This document shows positions 9,945 to 19,522 of a stretch of 64,000 nt of DNA, piece by piece. The position numbers were made by a program, and so were the translations under genes. Each line of letters starts with the position of its first letter. The first letter of the stretch is position 1. Below the pieces are notes generated by a model that saw only the letters and a program-made list of their open reading frames with translations, searched no databases and was not told the origin of the DNA. The stretch lies in sequence record ON631220.1; one strand, written 5' to 3'.

Positions 9945-10277
9945 ATGCAGATTCAATTAGATCCATTAATGGTTTACCATGGTAGTACTAGATCTTTATT
10001 TGATGAAGATTCTAGTTTAAATGTTGTCGATGTAAGAGGCATTCAATTAAATGCTGAAGGGATAGCTGATAACAAAAATTACTATTTTGATTATGGACGT
10101 AAGAAAGATGATGATGGTGAAATACTCACTGTTTACGTACATGATCGAAATGCAGCTAAAGATTTTATTGTACTGTACGTTGAATTCCATTTAGGCACAC
10201 ATAAATTTCATACGTATGTACATCCACAATATCGGCATAAATTTCCAGTATTAGTACTGGAGTTATTATTCGTTTAA
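9945..10277 (+). CDS. Hypothetical protein
   Basis: GAGGA SD; terminator at 10284-10304. Confidence 0.8.
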   Translation: MQIQLDPLMVYHGSTRSLFDEDSSLNVVDVRGIQLNAEGIADNKNYYFDYGRKKDDDGEILTVYVHDRNAAKDFIVLYVEFHLGTHKFHTYVHPQYRHKFPVLVLELLFV

Positions 10278-10465
10278 TATTAAGGGACTCTTAATGAGAG
10301 TCCCTATTTATTTTGCGTAAGTGTATATATGAAAAAGAAAGCATTTATTGAAACTAGTCTAAAATATTCAAACACCAGGCATAACAAAGCGATCGTCTGT
10401 AATGAAATAAAATTCAAACAGTACTAAACATACTAACCCTATGAATTAAAACGCATGGTGGTTGT

Positions 10466-10864
10466 ATGAAAATCTATGGTTCTTCTTTTCATGAAGTCAC
10501 ACTAGAATATGGAAAACCCTTTATACGCAATGGGGTTTTAAAACATTTACCTGATCTAGGTACACCAGACTTAGGATGGACTGATTTTAATATCCTTGAA
10601 ATTATTCCAGGACCAGGTTATATCGATAAGAATACTTTAAACTTTTATAAAGAAAGAGATTGCTTATTTCCAGCAATCGTCAGGTTTACTGTATTTGAAG
10701 AAGAGCGTAATCGTATTATATCAACAATTAATGTTGATCTGGCGAAAAAGGAATTAGAGTGGAATAAGACTGATCGTTTTTGGGAAATCGAAAACTTTGC
10801 AATTAGATTCCAATTAACTCAAAATCCTTATTCAGTTTTATGGGCATCCAATGGATCACTATAG
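10466..10864 (+). CDS. Hypothetical protein
   Basis: ORF track. Confidence 0.75.
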   Translation: MKIYGSSFHEVTLEYGKPFIRNGVLKHLPDLGTPDLGWTDFNILEIIPGPGYIDKNTLNFYKERDCLFPAIVRFTVFEEERNRIISTINVDLAKKELEWNKTDRFWEIENFAIRFQLTQNPYSVLWASNGSL

Positions 10865-11285
10865 GTGTCATATGCTTACAATGGTTCCGTTATACCCTGG
10901 TGTGAGAGGATATCTTGAAGACTCGGTATTTTCAAAGAATGGGATTAATGATATTGGTTATCATAAATGGCTATCCCCTAAACGAGTGGTAGGTCCAGAT
11001 GGGCTAATCATTAGTGAGGTAAAGATAACTCCACGTATAGCCAGAATGGAAGGCGAAGTAATTCTTAAAGTATGGGATAAATGGCGAAGAGCCCAGCCTA
11101 AGCTAGTTGCTACTGTGTATATTGATCCTAAAGATAATTCATACAGGGTAGAAGTAGAGCCTTTTTATACATGTCGTCGGATATTACTTGAGGTGGATTT
11201 ATGGGCTCAAGTAATACCTGGTGATCGTGCACCATTTGTAAATGACTCTGTAGATGGTACATGGGCATCAAGAGATATTATTTAA
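10851..11285 (+). CDS. Hypothetical protein
   Basis: ORF track, overlapping start. Confidence 0.75.
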   Translation: MDHYRCHMLTMVPLYPGVRGYLEDSVFSKNGINDIGYHKWLSPKRVVGPDGLIISEVKITPRIARMEGEVILKVWDKWRRAQPKLVATVYIDPKDNSYRVEVEPFYTCRRILLEVDLWAQVIPGDRAPFVNDSVDGTWASRDII

Positions 11286-11384
11286 TGCTTATACCAATTA
11301 AACTTCGTAAGACATTCTAAAAGAGTGTTGGCTGCCCAGTCATCTTTTCTGCCGTTCGGTGAATTAACGTTGAGGAAGCAAAGA

Positions 11385-11552
11385 ATGCCTAAGAAAAATA
11401 AAGAATATATTCTTGATGTTATTGATACTAATACTAAAGAACTACAGGCGCAGATTAATACGTTAAGTGAACTTGTATGTGAACAACAGAAACAAATTAG
11501 TTTATTAAACAGAACACTAGTTGAGTTACAAGATAATTTGAAAAAAAGATAG
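11385..11552 (+). CDS. Small coiled-coil protein
   Basis: ATG 11385 after GAGGA; heptad pattern LQAQINTLSELVCEQQKQISLL. Confidence 0.65.
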   Translation: MPKKNKEYILDVIDTNTKELQAQINTLSELVCEQQKQISLLNRTLVELQDNLKKR

Positions 11553-11561
11553 GGATTAAAA

Positions 11562-11891
11562 ATGAATGTAGATTATGAGTACCTACTTTTGACCTTATTC
11601 TGGATAGTTGTTTTATTTTCATTTATCCATGTATCTCAACGTTATAAACGAATTAAAGAAAAACAAAGAGCTGATTTTCTAGTTAAAAGAGAATTAGTAT
11701 ATAATTATTTCAAAGTAACAGATCCTTCTGAATTAACTAATGATTCTATAGAAAGTATCATACTTAAATTAATTGGTGATAATTATAGAAAATTAACAGA
11801 TATACAGAAAGTAGTAATTAGGGCAGCAGCAGGTCGTGGTTATATGAATAACCCTAATAAACCAATTGGCAAACATTTGAAATATATGTGA
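11562..11891 (+). CDS. Membrane-anchored hypothetical protein
   Basis: N-terminal TM helix YLLLTLFWIVVLFSFI. Confidence 0.75.
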   Translation: MNVDYEYLLLTLFWIVVLFSFIHVSQRYKRIKEKQRADFLVKRELVYNYFKVTDPSELTNDSIESIILKLIGDNYRKLTDIQKVVIRAAAGRGYMNNPNKPIGKHLKYM

Positions 11892-11900
11892 GTTATAAAA

Positions 11901-12416
11901 ATGTCAGAAAACCGCCCGTTATATATAGCTGCTATTAAAAAAGATCTTTTAAAAACAACAGGTTTGTATAAACCTTATAGTGATTCACCAATAGCTGTGG
12001 TTAGTAATGAAGCCAGTAAGTGGCATGTAATGCTAAATATATTACGACATGGTTGGGAATGGATTGAAATACCTGAAGGTGAGATTAAACAACCGGAAAG
12101 TTACCATGACTATGTTATTCTAGCATTAACCACTGTATTAACTGATACTTTAGATTATAAAAATGATCCAAACTCTGATAAATATATCAAGCAAATAATC
12201 TGTACTGATATAGCACTAAAAGTTGAATATGATAAATTAATCAATGTGCTAGAGACAAGTAACGAGTTAGATTTAGCTGATGAATACACCTTTACTAAAC
12301 AAGGTAATCTCAGAGGATATTTCCATTATGATGAGTATTATGGTTTAGATGTACTGGCATGTGCATCTTATGTGATCTGTTCACATATCGAACTAACACC
12401 TAGAAATGTTAAATAA
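11901..12416 (+). CDS. Hypothetical protein
   Basis: ORF track. Confidence 0.75.
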   Translation: MSENRPLYIAAIKKDLLKTTGLYKPYSDSPIAVVSNEASKWHVMLNILRHGWEWIEIPEGEIKQPESYHDYVILALTTVLTDTLDYKNDPNSDKYIKQIICTDIALKVEYDKLINVLETSNELDLADEYTFTKQGNLRGYFHYDEYYGLDVLACASYVICSHIELTPRNVK

Positions 12417-12428
12417 TAGGAACTACTG

Positions 12429-13028
12429 ATGAAAAAACGTACCGCTTATATCGATCGTGCTAAATTCCGAGATTTTCTAGCCGAGAAAAAAATTAGCGTA
12501 AGTAGCCGACAGTGGATTGAAAAGAGCCACCCAGATCATAAAGAATATTACAAGGCAATCCTAGATTACGTCGTATCTAATGTAAAATTCAAAGAAGAAC
12601 GTTATATTGAAAAGGCAAATGAGGTTATTATTAATGGGTGTATTCGATATCATCTACCCATTCACGCTCAACGTGCACTAACTGTAGTTGAAGAAGAATT
12701 CATTAATAATGCTAGTCTTCAATTTACTTATCTGAATGATAATGATACTAATATTGCCAATATTAACTTTGAAGAAGTTCTTGATGCACAAGTAACTGAG
12801 AATGAAACTGAACTAAGACAAAGTTGGGAATATGTCAATTGTGATATCAACCCATCAGAATACTTTATTGATGTTGTTGATGTACCAGAAGAACTAATTC
12901 TTCGTCTATCTGTATTCCGTTTTGTACACAGTATCAAGAAACTGGAAGTAAAGGATAAGTTAGATCTTGCCGATGTTGTAGGTAAAGATCTAGTTATTGA
13001 AGATGGTAACGTTAAGGTTGTAGAATGA
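12429..13028 (+). CDS. Hypothetical protein
   Basis: AGGA SD. Confidence 0.8.
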   Translation: MKKRTAYIDRAKFRDFLAEKKISVSSRQWIEKSHPDHKEYYKAILDYVVSNVKFKEERYIEKANEVIINGCIRYHLPIHAQRALTVVEEEFINNASLQFTYLNDNDTNIANINFEEVLDAQVTENETELRQSWEYVNCDINPSEYFIDVVDVPEELILRLSVFRFVHSIKKLEVKDKLDLADVVGKDLVIEDGNVKVVE

Positions 13029-13081
13029 TTTAAGGCTATTTTAGTAGCTTTATATTCTGATCTTAGCAACCTAGGTACAAC

Positions 13082-13450
13082 GTGATGCAATGTTTAACAC
13101 ACGTAATGAAGTTAGTGGCCGTATTAAGTACGTTGTTATACGTATCAAACCCACTAGCTGCATCGTTGGTAGTTGACGAGAATTACTGTAATGGTGTTGC
13201 ACTTATAGCACATGCCACAGCAGAAGCACGTCAGCGTAAAACACCCATTTTACAATGGGAAGAAAACCTACGATCCCTAAAAGGGTACGGCGTGAAGAAC
13301 AAAGATAACGTTCTTTACAATGTTCTCCCAGCAGCAATTAAAGAGGTGCACGTTGTGTATTCACGTAGACAAAGCCCACGTGATGCATACGTTACATCAT
13401 TTAAAACCTGTATGGATAACAACTACGGTAAAGCTGTGGTTGTAAAATAA
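13082..13450 (+). CDS. Secreted two-cysteine helical protein (family of 26501..29358)
   Basis: Signal peptide ...SNPLAA, then ENYC...FKTC. Confidence 0.75.
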   Translation: MMQCLTHVMKLVAVLSTLLYVSNPLAASLVVDENYCNGVALIAHATAEARQRKTPILQWEENLRSLKGYGVKNKDNVLYNVLPAAIKEVHVVYSRRQSPRDAYVTSFKTCMDNNYGKAVVVK

Positions 13451-13453
13451 ATA

Positions 13454-13471
13454 CCAGCCCTTCGGGGCTGG
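13454..13471 (+). terminator. Intrinsic terminator (UUCG)
   Basis: ccagccc-ttcg-gggctgg followed by a T-rich tract. Confidence 0.85.
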
Positions 13472-13485
13472 TTTATTTCATCTAG

Positions 13486-13803
13486 ATGAGAATCTGTGGG
13501 TTGCAAATGTATAAAGTATTTGTTATATCAATGATAACACTAACGGCTATATCAACATGTGTAACTTTCATTATTAATATAAAAAATCATTATATTCACT
13601 GGATGGGTGTTTATAAGGTTAGATATGTATTAGATAAAATGCCCAATGGCATAAGTTATTTTTTCTATCAAAATGCTGTCCAAGACATTATAGATAAAGA
13701 ATCATCTAAAATAACAAATCAACATATTTTTACATCTTTTATTTACGATATCAACTCATTGATTATATTAAAATGTAATAATAGGGAAACAGCAAATGAA
13801 TGA
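13486..13803 (+). CDS. Membrane-anchored hypothetical protein
   Basis: N-terminal hydrophobic segment. Confidence 0.65.
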   Translation: MRICGLQMYKVFVISMITLTAISTCVTFIINIKNHYIHWMGVYKVRYVLDKMPNGISYFFYQNAVQDIIDKESSKITNQHIFTSFIYDINSLIILKCNNRETANE

Positions 13804-14086
13804 TATCATGACAGTAATTATAGGTATTTTGTTTCTGATTATAATGATGGCTTTAATTAACTGGGGTTATTATGCCATCAAACACACGATAAAGTGTAAC
13901 AGGCTTTATAAAGAAGCACTATCAATTATTGACAATATGAGTGATGGTTTATCTGAATACCAGTATACAGTAGCTATTGGACGTTTACGTAAAAAGGCAT
14001 ACTCTATCGACCATTTAACTGCTGTTAAAATGTTTGAAGCATTAGACTTAGTTATTAAAGATAAGTCAAGAAAGAAAAATAAATAA
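13796..14086 (+). CDS. Membrane-anchored hypothetical protein
   Basis: N-terminal TM helix; terminator at 14095-14116. Confidence 0.75.
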   Translation: MNDIMTVIIGILFLIIMMALINWGYYAIKHTIKCNRLYKEALSIIDNMSDGLSEYQYTVAIGRLRKKAYSIDHLTAVKMFEALDLVIKDKSRKKNK

Positions 14087-14120
14087 GCATAAATAGGAGA
14101 GCTATTTAGCTCTCCTTTAT

Positions 14121-14152
14121 TGCATTAAATTTTTTTTGAAATCTATATTACA
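14121..14152 (+). promoter_or_regulatory. phiKZ-type early promoter (TTTTTGAAATC-TATATTAC)
   Basis: TATATTAC at 14144-14151; ~30 bp shared with 29812-29842. Confidence 0.85.
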
Positions 14153-14187
14153 TATTTGGTCAAGTCATATCAAAATAGGTAGTTATA

Positions 14188-14361
14188 ATGCTAGCATTAC
14201 ATTCACTACTATTATTAGTTATAGTGATTTGTTATATAATTCATAAGTGGTTGTGGTATACTTTCAATATGTTTAAACTAAAAGACATTATTAAAAATAA
14301 AGACAATTTAACTAATGATGAACTATTAAAATTACTCATTGATAAAATAAAGGCAACCTAA
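14188..14361 (+). CDS. 57-aa membrane micro-protein, not in the ORF track
   Basis: AGGT SD; first ORF after the early promoter; MLALHSLLLLVIVICYII; TAATG coupling to the next gene. Confidence 0.7.
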   Translation: MLALHSLLLLVIVICYIIHKWLWYTFNMFKLKDIIKNKDNLTNDELLKLLIDKIKAT

Positions 14362-14828
14362 TGTATCCATTCTTTACAGGTAATGAGAAAGTTACTGTAG
14401 ATGTTCTTGATGATAAACATAATCTACATAGAAGTTGGACTGATTATAAACATCCCATCACGACGCGTGTGGACGGTAAACTAACCAATGTGTGGTATAA
14501 AGTTGAACCACCGATGAGTGCTAAGGATATTGAAAATAACTTTACAATTGACAAAGATAAAGTTAAATTATCTAATCGTTTGCACCAGGCTTTAGATGCA
14601 TCGTTGATTAAAAATGAATTAGAAGAGTTTAACAAATTAATTGATCTATGCGTAAAACATGTTAATTCAGTTAGTATTCATCTAGGTCTTACTATTTGGA
14701 AATTAGCAGATACTGTAAAATATGAAAAAGCAGATTTAAAGAAACTATTTAATGCACATTATACCAAATCTACTGAACTTGTAAAAGAAAAGAATATAGT
14801 GCCCTCAGTAGAAGATATCTTCCTATAA
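14361..14828 (+). CDS. Hypothetical protein
   Basis: ORF track. Confidence 0.75.
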   Translation: MYPFFTGNEKVTVDVLDDKHNLHRSWTDYKHPITTRVDGKLTNVWYKVEPPMSAKDIENNFTIDKDKVKLSNRLHQALDASLIKNELEEFNKLIDLCVKHVNSVSIHLGLTIWKLADTVKYEKADLKKLFNAHYTKSTELVKEKNIVPSVEDIFL

Positions 14829-14850
14829 TTTATTTAAAGGTAATACAAAT

Positions 14851-15759
14851 ATGCTAAAGGTAAAATCATTACTTACTGGCCATATTCTTCGAGCTACCTA
14901 TGATTGGTTTCTTGAGAATAACTTCAGAGATATTCTAATTGTAGCACATACTCAATTAGTACCTGATTTATCTGAGGTAGCTCTAAAGCATGCGAAAGAA
15001 GATCACACTATCACTTTCAATATCCATCCACGCTGTGCAAAGAATTTTTATATCAGTGACGAATATATCTCTTTCAATGTAACAGTAAATGGAGTTGGGG
15101 TCAGTATTAAACTTCCTCTTTATGCAGTATTGGGTGTAGTTACACCTATTGATGATAATTCTAACGCATTCTTTGAAATGCCGCTAGTAGATAGATATCT
15201 CAATGCAGATACTATTCGTGCAACATTAGAAGGAACTGTTAATAATGTAGTTGACAAAAACCCAGTATTAACTACCGTAGGTAATGTCACTGAGGTTAAT
15301 TTTAAAAATAAAGCCGATACCACTAATGGTAAGTTAGTTGTAAGGAATACATCTGAGAATGAGCATGATCAGATGATTGAAAGCGCCATTAACAGAGTAA
15401 CTGAATTTAGTAATCCAGAATTAGATGCACATATTAGAGTAGCGGTAACTGCAATTAAACAGAATGCACCAGAATTAATTATGGATTGGTGTGAGCGGGT
15501 TATTAATTGTACACGTAATGAAAACTATCAGGATAACATCAATGTACTTATGATGGAACTCCTCAGTTACCCTATTTCAAATGTGGTTAGTGAATCAACT
15601 GTGGACTCGGGTGATAATACATCTAATTCATTTGACAATGATGTAAATAAGATGGTTGAGGATTTCAATAATTCTTCCAATTCGCAGATTATTATTAATA
15701 AACCTTCTCGTCCTACTGGTCCACCAAAACTCACTGTTATTAAAGGTGGTAAGAAATGA
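14851..15759 (+). CDS. sspB: ClpXP adaptor SspB homologue
   Basis: ILRATYDWFLEN...ITFNIHPRC...ISFNV...LPLYAVL core; acidic linker; C-terminal PKLTVIK resembles the ClpX-binding LRVVK. Confidence 0.85.
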   Translation: MLKVKSLLTGHILRATYDWFLENNFRDILIVAHTQLVPDLSEVALKHAKEDHTITFNIHPRCAKNFYISDEYISFNVTVNGVGVSIKLPLYAVLGVVTPIDDNSNAFFEMPLVDRYLNADTIRATLEGTVNNVVDKNPVLTTVGNVTEVNFKNKADTTNGKLVVRNTSENEHDQMIESAINRVTEFSNPELDAHIRVAVTAIKQNAPELIMDWCERVINCTRNENYQDNINVLMMELLSYPISNVVSESTVDSGDNTSNSFDNDVNKMVEDFNNSSNSQIIINKPSRPTGPPKLTVIKGGKK

Positions 15760-16013
15760 ATGCAACTTTAGCAATTCTTTTTAGTAGTATCAGTATCGCT
15801 GGTTATCAAGCCAATGGTGCATCGCAGTCAACCACTGAGTTCTCTGACATGACTACTTGTTTTAGCGCGATTGAGCGTATTCAAAAACTAGCTAAAGCAA
15901 GTGCTATTCGTAATAATGTAGAGACTGTAAAAATCAGCGATGGTGTTCTATTACGTTATTTTTCTTCTAGTACCAGTAAAGTAGAACATACTCTAATCTG
16001 TGTAAATAAATAG
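15756..16013 (+). CDS. Small exported two-cysteine protein
   Basis: Hydrophobic N-terminus; EFSDMTTC...LICVNK. Confidence 0.7.
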   Translation: MNATLAILFSSISIAGYQANGASQSTTEFSDMTTCFSAIERIQKLAKASAIRNNVETVKISDGVLLRYFSSSTSKVEHTLICVNK

Positions 16014-16021
16014 GTACGGAT

Positions 16022-16729
16022 ATGTCTGAGAAAATGTATTTATCTTTTTCTGGAATTGGACACAATGACGTAATCAAACAAGATCTTAATGGATTCATTC
16101 CAATGGATGTATCAACTATTGATACTGAAGTGGCTGATCGATTATTTTATACTCCATTCAATAGTTCTGAACCAGATACGTCATTACCTAATGTTGCTAA
16201 TGTGGTATTCAAGGTATTACCTATCCATATCGAGGATAACACTATCTGTGTTTTAGATAGTTGTTCTAGTACCGAATACTCATTGAATGACCTAGTTGAT
16301 ACCAGTGTCTCATCATTAGAAACATATGGACCATTATTAGATTTACGTAGTAGTGATCCAATTGAGACATATGCTAATCAGGCAGTGTATACTTGGTTAA
16401 ATAAGAATATCTGTAATATCGAATTTGAAGTACATGGCGGGTTGCAAGTGCAACTAACTGCTGACCAAGTGCGTTCCAATGTTAATGCATTTGTAGCAGG
16501 TATTGATCTTGACATCGACGATAAATTGATGGTATATGTGGTGATTAAAATCAATGATCGTTTATACGATGCTTGGTCTAGTCAACATGTGGTGGAACCA
16601 TTAACAATGTATCATGTGCAAGGTGGCCATGAACCTATTGTCTATAGTGAAACCCATATTGAAAATAGCCTATTGCGATATGCCAAAGAGAAAGGTTGGG
16701 CTGAAATTTTGACTCGTATTGGTCTATAA
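16022..16729 (+). CDS. Hypothetical protein
   Basis: ORF track. Confidence 0.8.
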   Translation: MSEKMYLSFSGIGHNDVIKQDLNGFIPMDVSTIDTEVADRLFYTPFNSSEPDTSLPNVANVVFKVLPIHIEDNTICVLDSCSSTEYSLNDLVDTSVSSLETYGPLLDLRSSDPIETYANQAVYTWLNKNICNIEFEVHGGLQVQLTADQVRSNVNAFVAGIDLDIDDKLMVYVVIKINDRLYDAWSSQHVVEPLTMYHVQGGHEPIVYSETHIENSLLRYAKEKGWAEILTRIGL

Positions 16730-16793
16730 TAAAAATACTTCTGATAGACTAATAATATAGGTAAGATACTAGCCGATTGGTTAGTTGCGCTTA

Positions 16794-16813
16794 GGGAGTC
16801 CTTCGGGACTCCC
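16794..16813 (+). terminator. UUCG hairpin, probable terminator
   Basis: gggagtcc-ttcg-ggactccc; no U-tract. Confidence 0.6.
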
Positions 16814-16834
16814 GTATACCGTCTAGGAGGTTTT

Positions 16835-17128
16835 ATGTATACAGTTACACTTGAACAAGTAGGACACCGTATACCGTCTAGTTTAAGTGCTTTTGTAATT
16901 AGACCGTTTGAAAATACCATTACGCATAATGATACGTCTTATTACTTGATCATGGGTAAAGATGATTTCGATAACATGCACATGGAATGGCGAGACGTAG
17001 CTGTAGCTGATAGTCAAGCCGTTATAGTTGCTACATACACTCCATCAAAAAACTCATTTAATCTTGTAAAAAATGAATTAGGTATTCCGGTTGAAATCAA
17101 ATACAAACGAATAGAGGTTGATCTGTGA
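16835..17128 (+). CDS. Hypothetical protein
   Basis: AGGAGG SD. Confidence 0.8.
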   Translation: MYTVTLEQVGHRIPSSLSAFVIRPFENTITHNDTSYYLIMGKDDFDNMHMEWRDVAVADSQAVIVATYTPSKNSFNLVKNELGIPVEIKYKRIEVDL

Positions 17129-17155
17129 TTATCAGTAAGACTAGAGGAATAAAGT

Positions 17156-17356
17156 ATGGATCGTCTTGATGAAAGAATCGCATTCAGTGTAAGGTCGTAC
17201 AAAATTTTCAATGCTCTTGCCAATGGCCGAGTTCGAGCATTGATTATTAACTTTAAAGATGGTAAGGGTACGATCATGTCTATTAGTGATGATCGCCGCC
17301 ATGATAAGCATCTCTGGTTCAACTGTGGACTAGTGGACAATCCAAGGATCAAGTAA
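17156..17356 (+). CDS. Hypothetical protein
   Basis: GAGGA SD; TAATG coupling to thyA. Confidence 0.7.
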   Translation: MDRLDERIAFSVRSYKIFNALANGRVRALIINFKDGKGTIMSISDDRRHDKHLWFNCGLVDNPRIK

Positions 17357-18432
17357 TGGAACAATATCTTAATTCAATTCGTTTAGTTAAAGAACTCGGT
17401 GTACATAAAGGTGATCGTACTGGTACTGGCACCCAAAGCATGTTTGGTCAACAAGAACGTTATAGTTTACGTAACAACGTTCTACCCGTAGTAACCACTA
17501 AGAAAATTCATCTTCCATCCGTTATCCATGAATTATTCTGGATGCTTTCTGGTGATACTCGTGTAGATTATTTAATTGAAAATGGTGTACGCATTTGGAA
17601 TGAATGGGTTAAACCAAATACCGCGTTATATGCGCCGATGACTGATGAGGCCGTTCTCAAAGCAGTAACTACCCTCATTGGTGCCCCATTCGTAATGTAC
17701 GTCCATTGCATGAACGATGACTCTACTCCAATCATCGAGACTGTAGTGGAGTTCGAGTCGGGTATGGCCCCAGAGACTATTCAGGCTTTCTGGGATGAAC
17801 ATCCAGTTAACCGTGAGGAAATCCAATACGTCATTGGAGTTAGTGAAAAGTCGTGGAATAGGCTCGCTACTGAAGGATTCGATGAAGCCAAAAATCCTGA
17901 AGGTATTCATACTGAATATAACAAACGGCTGTATCGTGCTTTGACGCATAAAGAACCAGCACGCCTGGTCGGCGGCGATCTAGGTGCTGTTTACGGTAAG
18001 ACTTGGCGTGATCTTGAAGATACTCGTGTGATCCCAAAACACGAGTGGGTTGATTACGAGGCACGTGGCTTTGACTTCGTAGTTGATATTCCAGGTACTT
18101 GCATGGAGAATGATCGGTGTGTTGTTACTAGACGTATCGATCAGATTCAAGACGTGATTAATCAACTTAAGACTAACCCTGATTCTCGTCGGATCATCGT
18201 TTGTGCATGGGCACCACAACTTGTCGATGAACAGTCACTCCCACCGTGCCATAGCTTTTTCCAGTTCTGGACTCGTGAACTGACGTTAGAAGAACGGTAT
18301 GACTGGGCCCAACTTAATGACACCGAAGCTCAACGTATTTTCCTTGAAGGTGCGCAACCGGAAACTGATCACGCACTGTGGGATAAACTTGGTGTTCCTA
18401 AACGTGCATTGAGTTGCCAACTCTACCAGCGT
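17356..18432 (+). CDS. thyA: Thymidylate synthase, exon 1 (spliced product 459 aa)
   Basis: DRTGTGT, IHELFWML, PDSRR, catalytic LPPCH; ends at SCQLYQR. Confidence 0.97.
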
Positions 18433-19522
18433 TAAATACTAGCGCCTTCTAGGAGCAATCCTAGTCGAATAACCTATCTAAACGGGGAAACTCTCTATGA
18501 GACAATCCCGTGCTAAATTGACTACGGTCATAAATGCCTAACGACTATCGAAACCACTCTGAGAAGAGGAAGGGAGTAGAGTAGGACCAAGTGGTCCGAA
18601 AAGGTAGGGGTCTCTTTTTAAGAGATCGTGATATAGTCTGTCCTGCATGGAGACATGCAGCGGTTTACTTAATGACTCCGCCAGATAAGGAGGGTGTTAT
18701 TAATGACGTAGCTTATGTGTATTGCCTATTCACCAAAGAAGGAAAGGTATATGTCGGAAGTGCGCGAGATTTAGTTAAGCGCGTTCAACGACATTTCAGA
18801 GACCTTAGTAATTCCAAGCACCATAACTACCCATTACAACAAGAATACGATAACGGTGAAAGATTCTCGTTAAAGTACTATCGTTGTGAAAGTCGGGAAT
18901 CAGCATTTACACTCGAACAGATGTGGATAACCAAGCATGAAGAAGAAGGTAACCTTCTTAATATTGGTAGACACTCCAAGGGTGGTGATAACTTAACCAG
19001 GCATAACCTCAAAGAACAAATCATCGAGAAGCGGAGTGATACAATACGTATCAGACTTGATGAGATTGGAGCCGAGGCTCGTCAGGAAAAGTATGGTCGA
19101 CTAGGTGAGCAGAATGGGATGTATGGTCGTACTCACACAGAAGAAGTTAAGGTAGCTCTATCCGAGTTACACACGGGTAACACTTACCGTCTTGGCATTA
19201 AAGCTAGTGATGAGACAAGAGCCAGGATGTCGGAGATAGCTTCTCAGAGAACAGGCGAACGTAATCCATTCTACGGTAAAACACATTCCGAAGAAACCAG
19301 AAAAAAGTTGACGGATAACAAACGCGGTATAAAGCCAACTAACTCAAACAAACTTGAAGTGGACGGTGTTGTTTATTTATCCCAGGCCGATGCAGCTAAG
19401 GCTCTCGGAGTATCACAGGGTACAATAACATACCGAATTAACAGCAAGAATCCAAAGTATTCTGGTTATAAAGTCATTTAAGTAAACGGCTCAGGATTAA
19501 CGACCCTGGGTGAACATAAGAG
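18433..19522 (+). mobile_element. Group I self-splicing intron (1090 nt) in thyA
   Basis: P1 GCGU|UA-AAUAC-UA-GCGC with U.G at the 5' splice site; P/Q/R/S-like elements aaacggggaaac, aatcccgtgc, cctaacgactat, gtgatatagtctg; P9 ctgcatg-gaga-catgcag; terminal G19522; removal restores QR|SVD. Confidence 0.93.
18672..19481 (+). CDS. Intron-encoded GIY-YIG homing endonuclease with NUMOD3-like repeats and C-terminal HTH
   Basis: VYCLFTKEGKVYVGSARDLVKRVQRH; NPFYGKTHSEETRKKL; SQADAAKALGVSQGTI; looped out of a stem formed by 18659-18671 and 19479-19490; start codon uncertain. Confidence 0.9.
   Translation: MTPPDKEGVINDVAYVYCLFTKEGKVYVGSARDLVKRVQRHFRDLSNSKHHNYPLQQEYDNGERFSLKYYRCESRESAFTLEQMWITKHEEEGNLLNIGRHSKGGDNLTRHNLKEQIIEKRSDTIRIRLDEIGAEARQEKYGRLGEQNGMYGRTHTEEVKVALSELHTGNTYRLGIKASDETRARMSEIASQRTGERNPFYGKTHSEETRKKLTDNKRGIKPTNSNKLEVDGVVYLSQADAAKALGVSQGTITYRINSKNPKYSGYKVI

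Noticed and set aside
9945-10277. ART fold suggested by VYHGST
   Set aside because: The later ART strand motifs are not evident, so one motif is insufficient.
17620-17970. Intein as the explanation for the thyA and BCS1-like insertions
   Set aside because: No Cys/Ser start, no His-Asn end and no LAGLIDADG blocks; the inserts are too short.
18591-18671. N-terminal extension of the endonuclease ORF from GTG 18591
   Set aside because: It runs through the intron catalytic core and P9, so it is unlikely to be translated.
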